Shown here: positions 34,350 to 46,986 of the stretch, piece after piece
Layout: each line of letters starts with the position of its first letter
Position numbering within the stretch: position 1 is the first letter of the stretch
NCBI GenBank assembly: GCA_003344405.1
Contig: NOWV01000003.1
Span: 992,001-1,056,000, forward strand
Reading direction: 5' to 3'
From: Trichoplax sp. H2
Lineage: Eukaryota
Length of the DNA stretch: 64,000 bases
The notes under the pieces: model-generated
The model's database searches: none
What the model was told of the DNA's origin: nothing
The model's input: only the letters and a program-made list of their open reading frames with translations
Translations under genes and position numbers: made by a program

Positions 34350-36405
34350 GATTGTAGTACAGTACTGTACTGTAGAGCAGCTGTGCACTGTGCATTGTAG
34401 TACTAATTTTCCAAAAAGTCAATTCCTTGTTGAACAGTATAGCAGTCTGACCTTGCCATCGTACCCTGCTGTACACTGTCCAGTACTGTACGTGTAAGCG
34501 CGTATGTGAAGATAAGAAAAATTCAATTTTTAACGGCTGCTCAATTTAGTGTACTACAGTACATTACACTGTAGTATAGTACTGTACAGTTGATCAAATT
34601 CAAGAACTGACTATATTACTGACTATATTTATTTATTTCTTCATTTATTTATTTATTTATTCATCATTTATGATTCTATTTCTGGTGGAACCGTCTCTCA
34701 CGATATTCTTCGTGTACTATACTAGTAGTATTTACTGTCCATTGAATCATTTTCATGGATTCAAGTCCTCGATCACCTACAGTACAGTACCTTAAACTGA
34801 CTGCAGCATTCATCGCTACTGCACACTATACTGTACTCTACAGTATTAACGGATCTGATCAGCCAAACGGTACAGCATGTTTACTGTACATTCGCTTTAG
34901 ATTATAAAAATTCTATTTAAATGCTATTATCAATATCAAAACTGTATCGATTTTATACCAGCATGTAGCTAATGAGCTAAAGATTCTATATTAGTTACTC
35001 TACCAGCACATATAATATTAAGTCATTTTAATTGCAATGAAGGAAGTCGATCTTTTACATCGAAATTCTAAAACGAAGTTAAACATNNNNNNNNNNNNNN
35101 NNNNNNTCTCACGATATTCTTCGTGTACTATACTAGTAGTTTTTACTGTCCATTGAATCATTTTCATGCATTCAAGTCCTCGATCACCTACAGTACAGTA
35201 CCTGAAACTGACTGCAGCATTCATCGCTACTGCACACTATACTGTACTCTACAGTATTAACGGATCTGATCAGCCAAACCGTACAGTACAGTACTGTACA
35301 CTGTACGTACAGTATACTGTAGTACTGACGATATGCAGCATATCGACAGTACAGTGTACAGTACAGTACAGCATGTTTACTGTACATTCGCTTTAGATTA
35401 TAAGAATTCTATTTAAATGCTATTATCAATATCAAAACTGTATCGATTTTATACCAGCATGTAGCTAATGAGCTAAAGATTCTATATTAGTTACTCTACC
35501 AGCACATATAATATTAAGTCATTTTAATTGCAATGAAGGAAGTCGATTTTTTACATCGAAATTCTAAAACGAAGTTAAACATGCTGTACAGTACTGTATG
35601 TAGCATATCGACTGTACAGTGTACAGTACAGCACAGTACAGTACAGTGTACTGTACACTGTACAGTATAGTACTGTGCTGTACTGTACACAAATTACTAC
35701 TTTACAGTACAGTAACTGTATGCTGTACAGTGTACACTGTACAGTACTGTACACAAGTTACCGTACTGGATATGGTGTTTTCCTTACAGTACAGTACTGT
35801 ACTGTATTGTACTGTATGGTTAACTATAAATGTTCGATACCTTGCACTGATTATGCGACTACGATTCCATCATTCTTCAGCGAAACCATCATGGCCACTA
35901 AACAAGACGAGAAGGCCAGCAATAAACCAGATAAAACCGTGATTGTCCCTAAGAACTGCGCGCAAGTNNNNNNNNNNNNNNNNNNNNTATCGATTTTATA
36001 CCAGCATGTAGCTAATGAGCTAAAGATTCTATATTAGTTACTCTACCAGCACATATAATATTAAGTCATTTTAATTGCAATGAAGGAAGTCGATCTTTTA
36101 CATCGAAATTCTAAAACGAAGTTAAACATGCTGTACGGTACTGTACAGTATACTGTACTGTAGTACTGACGATATGCAGTACTGTACTGTAGACTGTAGA
36201 CTGTAGTACTGACGATATGCAGCATATCGACTGTACAGTGTACAGTACAGTACAGTACAGTACAGTACAGTACAGTGTATAGTACTGTGCTGTACTGTAC
36301 ACAAATTACTACTTTACAGTATACAGTACAGTACAGTACACAAATTACCGTACTGGATATGGTGTTTTCCTTACACTACAGTACTGTACTGTATTGTACT
36401 GTATG
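34350..36405. repeat. TACTG/TACAG arrays in the PP1/PRKRIP1 divergent promoter
   Basis: For example a perfect (tacag)7 run at 36241-36275. Length is inflated by the duplications. Confidence 0.9.
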
Positions 36406-36554
36406 GTTAACTATAAATGTTCAATACCTTGCACTGATTATGCGTCTACGATTCCATCATTCTTCAGCGAAACCATCATGGCCACTAAACAAGACGAGAA
36501 GGCCAGCAATAAACCAGATAAAACCGTGATTGTCCCTAAGAACTGCGCGCAAGT
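34696..36554. other. Gap-flanking duplicated segments (probable uncollapsed haplotypes) around N gaps 35087-35106 and 35968-35987
   Basis: 34696-35086 matches 35107-35582, and 35441-35967 matches 35988-36554. Each duplicate begins or ends exactly at a 20-N gap. Includes a truncated second copy of PRKRIP1 exon 1 (35891-35967). Confidence 0.85.
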
Positions 36555-38851
36555 ACAAAAGATTCATCTTGATAGACTAATGAAGAATGTGGTAAGAAAC
36601 TTTTAAGATTCAGAATTTTACACTTGTGTGTGCACACTTGGCAGCAGCATTAAACATCCAAAGTCCTGCACGAGAATCCATCTAAAGTCAATGACTGCTT
36701 AATTTAAACTGACAAATTACTGCCAACCAAGACTAGCTGAACGTTAAGCCCATAACCGTAAAAAATTATACAAGTATACAGGGCATCTAGCTGCTACTTC
36801 ATAAACCCAACGTTATATAACTTTCAATTGATAAGCCATACTGTATTCGTACCTATTAACTGTTACGAAATTATTTCACCTCTTATGTAAGAATGGATAA
36901 AATTAACATTCTTCCTCATCACAAATTTCGCTTTTAATCAAACTATTCTTTGCTGTAGAAACATTATACTGACATACTATACAACTGTTGGCTTTGATAG
37001 GATCGACCTATTCACATTCCCAAAGTGAATCAAGAGAAAGCATCGCCACTACCTCCCGAATTTGTCCGAGAAATTATGGGTTAGTTTCAAAGCTCGTTAG
37101 CTTTTTGCATTCCGATAAACGTAAATACATTACATGTACATCATAATATCGTAAGTAATATAATGTACCAATGTGTGCACACATTTACTCTAGTATTTAT
37201 ATATTGCTGATCATGAAAATAAACCACAATTTTTGCTATCGTCCGCTCAATACTTGTAAACCTTTAACCAATTCTTATAGATTAATTATTAAGCCGCTGT
37301 GATGATTCTTTTAGTTTAGTAAATAGCAACATTCACAGTTACTTACGCTTCATTTTTAGGCTCAAGTGCAGGAGCTGGAAGTGGCGAATTTCATGTCTAT
37401 AGAGGTAGTAGGAGGAGAGAGTATAATCGCTTACGACTCATTGAAGAACAAGCGAAAAAGGTAAGGTAACACTCGTACAGTATACGTAAGAAAATCAACT
37501 CTTCAATCTTCATCATCCAATCAATATAACAGCTCATACTGTACTAATATTACTTCGAATCCAATTACTGATATCCTTTATACTAAATGCATTGATCGTT
37601 TTTATATAAATTGTTTACTTGAGCATTGCAATTCTCAAGTCTACCCAAAGTATTATATTACATAGATTTACTATTGCAGCAATAATTGAGATAAATGGGG
37701 AACGAATACATGACTGCATGTTAATAAACAACAAATTACATAAGTACACTACTTAATACTCATTAATTGCTGCTGCTACTCACTACTCAGTATACTGTAC
37801 AATATCAGAAGCAAAATTTACATAATCCGAAACCAATTATAAACATATATTTGGTAATTATATGTAAACGTCGAAAGAAACATCTAGATGATGAGTCACG
37901 ACCGACAATAGTAGTCATCTATCCCTCCTAATTTGCTAAAATTATTAGACGAAACATAAAATCCTCATAAAAGGTACGTATATCGCGCTATGATAAATGC
38001 ATCGGTGCATCAGTTTAATTGCTGATGAACGAAAAGGTTAGCAATTTACAAGCCTACAGTATATGTTTTACTGTATACTGAACAATATGAAATAGTCTAT
38101 ACAGTATTAAACGTAGACCCCGCCAATGTGACACTCTAAGATTCGCATGAAAAATGATTCAGATGCATAAACCGTAGAGTAGTACCGATACATCGAACTA
38201 AAATGATGTTTTTCTTAATGGATAAGGATGAATCCAATCAAGAACTTCAAAGAAAGATAGAAAGTGATCGAAAGGAAACCGAAGAACGGACAGCCAAAAA
38301 GCGTAATAAAAGGTGCTATCTTACATCATTAGGAGCATTTGTACGACGAAGCTTACATACAATCAGTTGCTTTAGGTTGATTACTGCCAGTACATGTAGA
38401 ATCATTGCAGATGTTACAAATTTTATAATGTACATACGTATGTGCATCTTGCCCTTGTCTTAATGCTGACGAAACTATCGTGATATTGCATTAGATGTTT
38501 CCTATATCAGATGTATGAGATATCACGCATTATTTAGTATGCAATACAGACAATATATTTTAAACTATAACAATGTGCTTATTATATAAATACTCTACAG
38601 ATTACGTAAAAAGCAGAAGCAACTCGAGCATAAAAAAAGAAATACTGGTAAAAACTAAATTTATTCTCTAATATCTTACAATTTCAGTGCAATTTAGATA
38701 TACAGTAACAACTTTGTACTCATGATATTTCTTCTTAGGAGCCGCAACGATGAAAGAGGATATGAAAAGTAATGACCGTGATGAAGATAATAGTGACTCT
38801 GTAGAGACCCAACAAGTAGAAGAAAATTCTTTTATAATAGGAGGAAGATAA
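36478..38851 (+). CDS. PRKRIP1: PRKR-interacting protein 1 (DUF1168 splicing factor)
   Basis: [61 protein letters not shown]..|..[17 protein letters not shown]..|..[24 protein letters not shown] is the family signature. Confidence 0.95.
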
Positions 38852-39828
38852 CCCCTGCTAAAAGTATCTACTTTAAGATTATAATTAATAGTATGTATAT
38901 AGTTGTATAATATATTCTGTAGTGGTCGGTTCATGCGATTTTTAATATTTTTAATACCATATGTTATATCATAGTTCTGTAGCTCTACTCTATCATGATA
39001 TCTCAATATTGCACAATACATCTAAAAAGAAATCGTTAAAATCCTGTTGACCATTTTCTGAAAATAACTATTGATGTGAACGAAGAGCTGTAAGAGTTCA
39101 CCTTCATATTTTTATTATATAATGATTCCACAGTATGTTGTATAAGTAATTGTATATTACAAATAAAGCAATGTAGTTAATCCTACGAAAAGTACCTGTG
39201 TAAAATTCAGTGGCTATTAATGTTGTCTATCATGACATATCGTAACATTTAGGAACCAACAGTGCAAATTTTAAAGTTGTTATTACTTCTTCATTTTCCT
39301 ACCCATTTGCATGATGTTTACGAAGTTAACTATCAACTTTAGTCAATGTAGACTGTAGTAAAGCTCTTCTAGTAGGTTTTGTTATGAAAATTTATTGACA
39401 ATTTATGACTGTAAATAAGGAGCGGCTGTTTCAGCCAATACAGTACTCCATGTTGTACCCATATAATGTATCTAGAAAAGACAGGAAATCAAAATCTGGT
39501 CCATGAACCAGATAATAGCTTAAATGTCACATACAATCTGTTGTCCAATTATGTATCCTTCTTTTCTTGGTATATCATAACATTACTATGTAAGATCTTT
39601 AACAGTTTATAATTACAGACAGTAGTTGAAAATTCGAATATAATTTAGTAAAGCATGTACATGTATACGAACAAAACAGAAATCACAGCGACAAAGTTAA
39701 AGAGGTAATTAATGACAATATTCGAAGGAATATTCTTTAATATCATAGCAGCTACAAGAAAATGAAATACTTTCCGAGTCTAAATCATCAAAACCAAATT
39801 ATCAATTCAGTCTTAATGAAAAATTCGA

Positions 39829-42767
39829 TTATTCTTGCATATCGATGACAAGTTCTTCTTCAATTAAATCATCTAAACTACTTTCTAGTTCATTTGCGGG
39901 TTGTTCCACTTTTTCTCCGAAACTATTCATGACGAAATTTAATACAATTGCAAATATTAACTGAATGCCTGTTTGTCATGGACAACACTAGCAAAAATGT
40001 TTCTTACGTATCGCTAAAGGCATCTTGTGACAATCCTATATCAGCGTCAGTTGAAAGGCGAGAGAACTCTCCCTGGAGAGATTTTTTGCGCTCCTTCCCT
40101 TTTTTAAGCTACATAACGTAATTGAAAATATAATAAGCTCAAGTAGGTAAGTTCTTGAAATATATGTGTTATGCATTATTAACTTAAGCTTTCTTACGTG
40201 ATGCCCTTTCTTTACTAAAGAGTATTTTATCATTTTAGAAGACTTAGATGAACTATTTCCTGTAAAGGTAGCCACATTAAATATTATACATCTTCGCCAA
40301 CAAGAACTAAATATAATTCACATAATAATACCAGGTCTTACCGTTCTTTGGGCCTATTCGAATAACCGTTCGGTGACGTTTACAGTAAGAAAACTTTGAT
40401 GACTTACTAACAATTTCCTGACATTGTATTCCCTACAATATTAAATTACTCCTTTATATGATATTGTGTTATGAATCCTTTAATTAAAATTTAACTAAAG
40501 TTGTCTAATGCTAAACACAGAAATTCTTCTAGAGTAATTTAAATTAGCAATGCATTTAATGTTATTTGCTTACATCTGCAACATACGCACATCGAACTAG
40601 CTGTTTATCGCTGGAACTGGCACGACCCTAATAGCATTATTAATAAATTACGTTTAATGTCAATACTTACAGCATAACAAATAGTAATAAATAACAAGAG
40701 TTACAATACCAACCAATTCGAGTATTTAATCTAAGATAATATGATTATTTACAAAGAACATAATACAGTTTCACATTAAACCAGTGAGCAAATCAGCTTT
40801 GGATATAGTAAAAGATTTTATTGACAACTACAGAGTTAATAAATTTAGGTATAGATAATGCAATATTATATTTATACAACTCTGATAGATTCAATCTTAG
40901 AAAATTTGGTAACTGATATAACGATGGCGTATCAGCTATTGAATTTAATGTTAACGCTAATACTTACATTTAATTCCTTAGGGTCATTAGAAGAACTACG
41001 TTGATTCGTCGACTTTTTGCTTAAATGACTTTTCCTTTTCTTCTCTTTGATTGGCCTTGTAGTCGAATGAAATACGGATATTTAGATAGTGAATAAGCAT
41101 AGAAAAGATTTTATATACTCGCACGTTAATATTAAAAGGTTAATCAATATTACTGAATTACTAAACCTGAAAAAAATGCAGACCTGAACTACTGTAGTTT
41201 ACGTAAGTAATTTATCTGTAGCATTCTGTACTCACACATACTTAGATTTAGTGGAGGATCCATCATTAGCGTGCTACATTTTTAAAAGAACAGTTAAGTT
41301 GCAATTCACAAACTCTGCACCATAAATTTCATAAATAATTGCAGACTAAAATTTAATCATATCTGCAACCTACATGCGTCTTTTTCCTCTTTCTTTCAAT
41401 TTCACTTTCATTCGAAGAAGATGCTGTTCCGTCTTCATCTAAACAAAACAAGAGGATAAATATAAAATATGTCTATTACAGATCTAAAATTGAAAGAAAG
41501 CACATAAATACTCTTCAAAAACTGACATAGTTGATTTTATAGTATCACATGTACAACTAAAGCTTATTTAAAAAATTTATTACGTCTTAAATAAAAGTCT
41601 AATTACAAACATGAAATCTTTTTTACCTGACGAAGAAAGCGGTACATTTTCATATTTAAGAAGTCGATCTAGTAAAAAGCTGTTACAAAAAATACCGTCA
41701 TGTTCAAGAGTAATTACCCCATCTCCACTGAGATACATTTACATTTATACAGAAGTATATTACAGTTTGATAGAGCTATTTATTTATTAAGCAATATATT
41801 AAAACACATCAATTCTACATACAGTACTGTACGTAGCTGTATATACTAAGTGTGTAATAAGCAATATACAAGTTTACTAATAATACAAGATATAGAATCA
41901 AAAATGTCTATAGGTGCAGTACTACCACATTTATGTATTTATTGCAGTGTGTACCATGGACCACCATAACTCTAGGTGCTCTAGTGTTCCATGGTAGTAC
42001 TGTACTTACTTCTTATCCATAGAAACACGCAGAATCTTCTTCTGAATTTTGACCAATTCCTCGCGAAAACATTCTTGTTCCTAAATTTCGTTATAAAGAA
42101 AAGCTGCACTATTACAGTAGTGTAAAGAATAGGCGAATAGTTTATGAGTGTTAGAGAAAAAGCATATGTGGTTATATACAGAACAGGCCCTCCGATTATA
42201 ATTATTGTACAGTATTGTCAGTGTATAAATGGCAGTGAACTAAGGCTGCTATACTTTCGGTTAAAGTAGACGCTGTCATCATAACATTTAATCACCATAC
42301 ACTGTACTGTATATAGTTTATGATATACTGTAATTATTATAATTCAAAAGTCATATCATTTGACTTATCCCTTACATAAAGAAGAAATTTCAATTTCCTT
42401 TTCAAGGTTTTGTATCTATGTTTGGACGACGTTTTTGGTAGTACTGTGGGCATAATGTCTTCACTCTTAGTGTCGGCAGCAGCATCTATTTCTAATTCAA
42501 GCATCATAAAAAATAGAATGGTCAAACTTTCGTGTCATATTACTCGCAGTAATACTGGTAATAGCGCGCCTATATTGGATTTAGATTGTCGATTTGGTCA
42601 TGGTTACTGGTACAGACGGTACAGTATTTATACGCATAAATTTAATTCAAAAACTCAATCAATACGAATATAAATAACAAATTGAACGATTGCTATCTTT
42701 GAAACTGTTACTTGAATTCATATCAGTATAAAAAATTACCTTCTGGTTGCTCATTGCTATCCGACAT
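39829..42767 (-). CDS. INO80E: INO80 complex subunit E (CCDC95)
   Basis: MSDSNEQPE|EIDA..RYKTLKRKLKFLLY|EQECFREELVKIQKKILRVSMDK|SFLLDRLLKYE and terminal EEELVIDMQE*, matching the INO80E N-terminal coiled coil and C-terminal LVID motif. Middle exons are low-complexity and less certain. Confidence 0.88.
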
Positions 42768-42934
42768 ATTTCAACCTCGAATCGAGCGAGTGCACACTGC
42801 ACCTTGGTACTTGTTAAAATATCGAAATCTTCTACCAAGTATACTTTTTAGCAAATGTCTGCAGACTGCTTAAAGTCCTTGGCTGCAGCATGGCCATTGA
42901 CCACTGACCAGATCTTGGTTCAGACGATATCCTA

Positions 42935-44140
42935 CTATACAGTACTGTAGGTTTTACTGTAGGTTTTTTTCTTTCTTTCCTTCTTGAATCTCTTGTCTGT
43001 GCTCCATACAATACCGTATTCTACAGTACAGTATACTGTAGATGTTATACGTACTGTACTGTAGCGGAGCATATTGTACTGTACTGTACTGTACTGTACA
43101 GTACACTGTACAGTACTATACAGGGTACAGTACAGTAGATATTTCCACTCTACTGTACAGTATAGTACTGTACAGTACTTATGTTACAGTACTGAGTATT
43201 GTGCACTGTACAGTATGGTAACGTGCAGTACTGTACTGTACTGTACAGTACAGTATAGAACATAAAGGTATCGAACCGAACCTTTCTCAGGTCTGCATTA
43301 CGGCCGCTATTTGAGGAGGAATGCAAGCAGAGTGACTGTCCCTAATGTTCGTCACACGACTGTACTGTACAGTGTACAGTGTACAGTATACGTTTATGCG
43401 TACAGTACTTTACACTATACATTACAGTACTGTACTGTACTGTACAGTATCACCGTGTCTGCTGTACTGTACTGTACACTACAGACTCACTAAAATTTTT
43501 AATTTGTAGGGTCTCTACTGAACACTTTTACGTTACCGGACGGCCAGTCACAGGTTAACTACTGAATATTGTACTAACAGTGCACTACAGTACAGCAATA
43601 TAGTGTACTGTACTGTACACTGTACAGTACGTAAATACTGTACTGTACAGTACCGTGGCATAGCTGCAGAAGCAGTCCGCAATTTTAGCACAACATTTAA
43701 AGATTGCTAGCTATTCAATTTTCGCTTGTATTACTTACAGATCTGCATCGATCAGCAGCATTCAAAATAGTAGTAACTAAAGTTGATATTGGATACTACT
43801 ACAGGAGAACNNNNNNNNNNNNNNNNNNNNACTGTACAGTACAGTATAGAACATAAAGGTATCGAACCGAACCTTTCTCAGGTCTGCATTGCGGCCGCTA
43901 TTTGAGGAGGAATGCAAGCAGAGTGACTGTCCCTAATGTTCGTCACACGACTGTACTGTACAGTGTACAGTATACGTTTATGCGTACGGTACTGTACTGT
44001 ACTTTACACTATACTGTACTGTATAGTACTGTACTGTACACTGTACAGTATCACCGTGTCTGCTGTACTGTACTGTACTGTACTGTACAGTACTGTACGT
44101 AAATACTTGGAACCGACTATACTGTACACTGTACAGTACC
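42935..44140. repeat. TACTG/TACAG arrays in the INO80E/SRF divergent promoter
   Basis: Dense arrays at 43020-43260, 43360-43480, 43580-43655 and 43950-44140. Confidence 0.9.
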
Positions 44141-44296
44141 GTGGCATAGCTGCAGAAGCAGTCCGCAATTTTAGCACAACATTTAAAGATTGCTAGCTAT
44201 TCAATTTTTGCTTGTATTACTTACAGATCTGCATCGATCAGCAGCATTCAAAATAGTAGTAACTAAAGTTGATATTGGATACTACTACAGGAGAAC
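43240..44296. other. Gap-flanking duplication of the SRF promoter/5' UTR around N gap 43811-43830 (probable haplotypes)
   Basis: 43240-43810 matches 43831-44296 with SNPs and indels. Confidence 0.85.
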
Positions 44297-44303
44297 AACC
44301 AAA

Positions 44304-46431
44304 ATGACTAAGTCGAACGAAAAGAAAAGAGCTGGCAGTGGATATTCTGATAAGAGATCTAATAAGAAACCAGCACAGGACAACCTACGCAGTACCGATG
44401 AACGAAATCATTCATCTCGTCGACAAGAATCAAATCAAAACACCGCAGAAACAAATAGAACTGAAATACCCCTCGATAGTGATAGTGAATCTGCTACCCC
44501 ACTGTCGGTCGATATGGCAGCTGAAGTTAGTGAGGATAAAGCCCTATTAAAGAAAACTCGAGGTAGACAAAAAATTGATATAAAATTTATTCAAGATAAA
44601 AATAAAAGATTTACAACATTCAGTAAGAGGAAAGGTGGTATCATGAAAAAGGTATGTACAATATACGCGCATAGGTGTCTGCGTTGCATCCTAGCTACAG
44701 CTGAATTTTATGCCTATTTTAAATTCTTATTTGCAATTTATGATTGTAATATATTCTTATCGTAATATTATTGCTGTGTGGTGTCAGTGGTAGTGTTCCG
44801 AAAAACAAATAAGCTCAATATTCACAAATTCTATTTAATCGAATGTACTCTACCTACAGTAAATGGTTGATACTACTATATCCATCTACATGTTCGACAA
44901 GACTATAAATTAAGCATAGCTTGCAAGTTCATAAAATACCCTTACGTATAATTGCACTGTAGGATAATAATATAATTCCAATCAGAAAAACGAATTTTAT
45001 TAGTAGACATACAGTATATCGTATTGTACAAACACCTTCAGGATTATTTTGGCCATGTTGTGAAATATTATCCAAGAGCCTGTCGCTATTCACAGAACGA
45101 AATTGTATTGTTGTAAAATTACATTCTTTATTTTGTTGTAATAGAGCCATCGTATTGTAGTTACTTTAATCTATAACCAACCACATTGACAAAAATAGAA
45201 ATGCAATAATGTTAATAATGAGCTAATAATTCCTAAAACAATAATAATTCACATCAATGTTATGCATTCGGTAATTATAACTCAAGCTAATATGAAACTG
45301 AAGTAAATACTGACTCTAAGCCAATCTGTCATGCTATACACTTTGCAACAATTTATTAAATTTCATTCAGCATATGCAGTATAATATTTAAAAATACTAC
45401 TCTTTAAGATATCCTAAAATCAAAGTTTTATTATTCGATATTACGTATTACTGTACTATTCATATCTCTCAGCAATACTAAATGATAAGAAATAAATTTG
45501 TAATATTGGTTAGGCTTTCGAATTGTGTACTCTCACTGGAACTGAAATAATGGTATTGGTAGCGTCCGAAACTGGTCACGTATATACTTTTGCAACTCCT
45601 AGATTACAGCCTATTGTGACCACTGAAGCTGGTAAAAATTTGATTCAGACGTGTCTTCAGTCTGAATGCGTCCTTGATCCTAGTATGGCACAGCGTATGA
45701 ACCAAGACGGATTCCAAGAACCTGATATAAATTTCGAACTCGGAGAAAGGGTATTTTGTTAGCATATGTAGATAACTTTACGTTGGTGACTTACTATATG
45801 AATATGTAGTATTACAAAGCTTTAGCTTTCATTAAATATTCATCAATACTAAATGAAAATATCCCAATTTTTGGTTATATTGTTGTCCAAATTTAGAACT
45901 TGCAATTTACCGCAGGTCTGGCCTCGAATATTTACCAAGATTCCGGACAAAGGAATCATTCAAATGCAAATCAAGAATTCTGTCGTACATTGTATCCCCG
46001 CGAATTTAGACCGAATATATTAACTTCAAATTCTTATAATATTGTTAACCGTGGCCCTTCGGGATCAGGTACACAACAAGGCAGTTCCAAAGAATGGGAA
46101 GAGGTAATACATTAAAATAATTAGTATTTCTGAATAATGTTCTAACTTGATTGAATTTTATCAATTTTCCTAGCAACAACTATCTTATAGACATGTGCGA
46201 CAAGATCCTGCTGAAGGCAGAACATGCTCGCAATCTGGAACATCAGCATCACAAATGCCAACTGTAACTACTATCTCTACTGGAAATCGTTCTACTACAG
46301 CTAGAGACCTACGATACAATCAAACACACTTAATTCCGCGAGAAAACGAAGAGGCCGGTTATTGGGTAGCAAATAATCCATCTCATGCAGCTACGGAAAA
46401 TGAAAACAGCAACGAAAAAAACGCGTCGTGA
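44304..46431 (+). CDS. SRF: Serum response factor (type I MADS-box), about 349 aa
   Basis: Exons 44304-44651, 45514-45750, 45897-46103, 46174-46431, all in frame. KKTRGRQKIDIKFIQDKNKRFTTFSKRKGGIMKK|AFELCTLTGTEIMVLVASETGHVYTFATPRLQPIVTTEAGKNLIQTCL is MADS plus SAM domain. Confidence 0.96.
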
Positions 46432-46986
46432 CAAGTTCAAATATACAAACCCTTCGTACTTTTTATTATGTATATCAAAATTTTTTAATCATAGAAATGA
46501 ACAAATTTTTTTACATAAACTGTAAGTAGAATAAAGTGGAAAACATGTATTAAAAAATCAGTTCATTTCCATCACTATTGATATCACCTGCAAACATTGT
46601 GTTATAATGACTAATATCATAACATTTTCCTAATAGTTTTGCACTTTACATGCCCTAGTAGAGTATTATTACAAATTATAATCTAAACTGAACAATCTAC
46701 ATCGCTATGATTGGATGATAGATAATGCGTAAACTGAAGAATCTAAAAAATATAGTCTATTTTTTATCATTCAATCAGGATTATGTATAATATGTAAGTG
46801 TTAATTCTTTCTTTATCATAGAATACTAGTATGGTAAACAATTACAGTTGTACTTACTGTAAATCTGATTGAAATATTATAATGCTCTTCAATATGATAA
46901 TGAAAAGTATGCACTTAGATATCATATTGAAGAACTACAACGATATTACCTATACGGAATGTTTATATAATTAATGTATTACTTTT

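Noticed and set aside
35891..35967. Second PRKRIP1 first exon, suggesting a duplicated gene or alternative promoter
   Set aside because: It ends at an N gap and is identical to the downstream copy; best explained as an uncollapsed haplotype.
34945..36129. A ~140-bp segment present three times, resembling a repeat array or CRISPR-like structure
   Set aside because: It is the overlap of two gap-flanking duplications; there is no repeat-spacer structure and the DNA is eukaryotic.
34126..36529. Many 60-120 aa ORFs rich in Y/C/T/V/S/Q (also at 90-351, 13062-13814, 21144-21368, 43074-44196, 57836-58192)
   Set aside because: They are translations of the TACTG/TACAG arrays, which are poor in stop codons, and appear in several frames on both strands.
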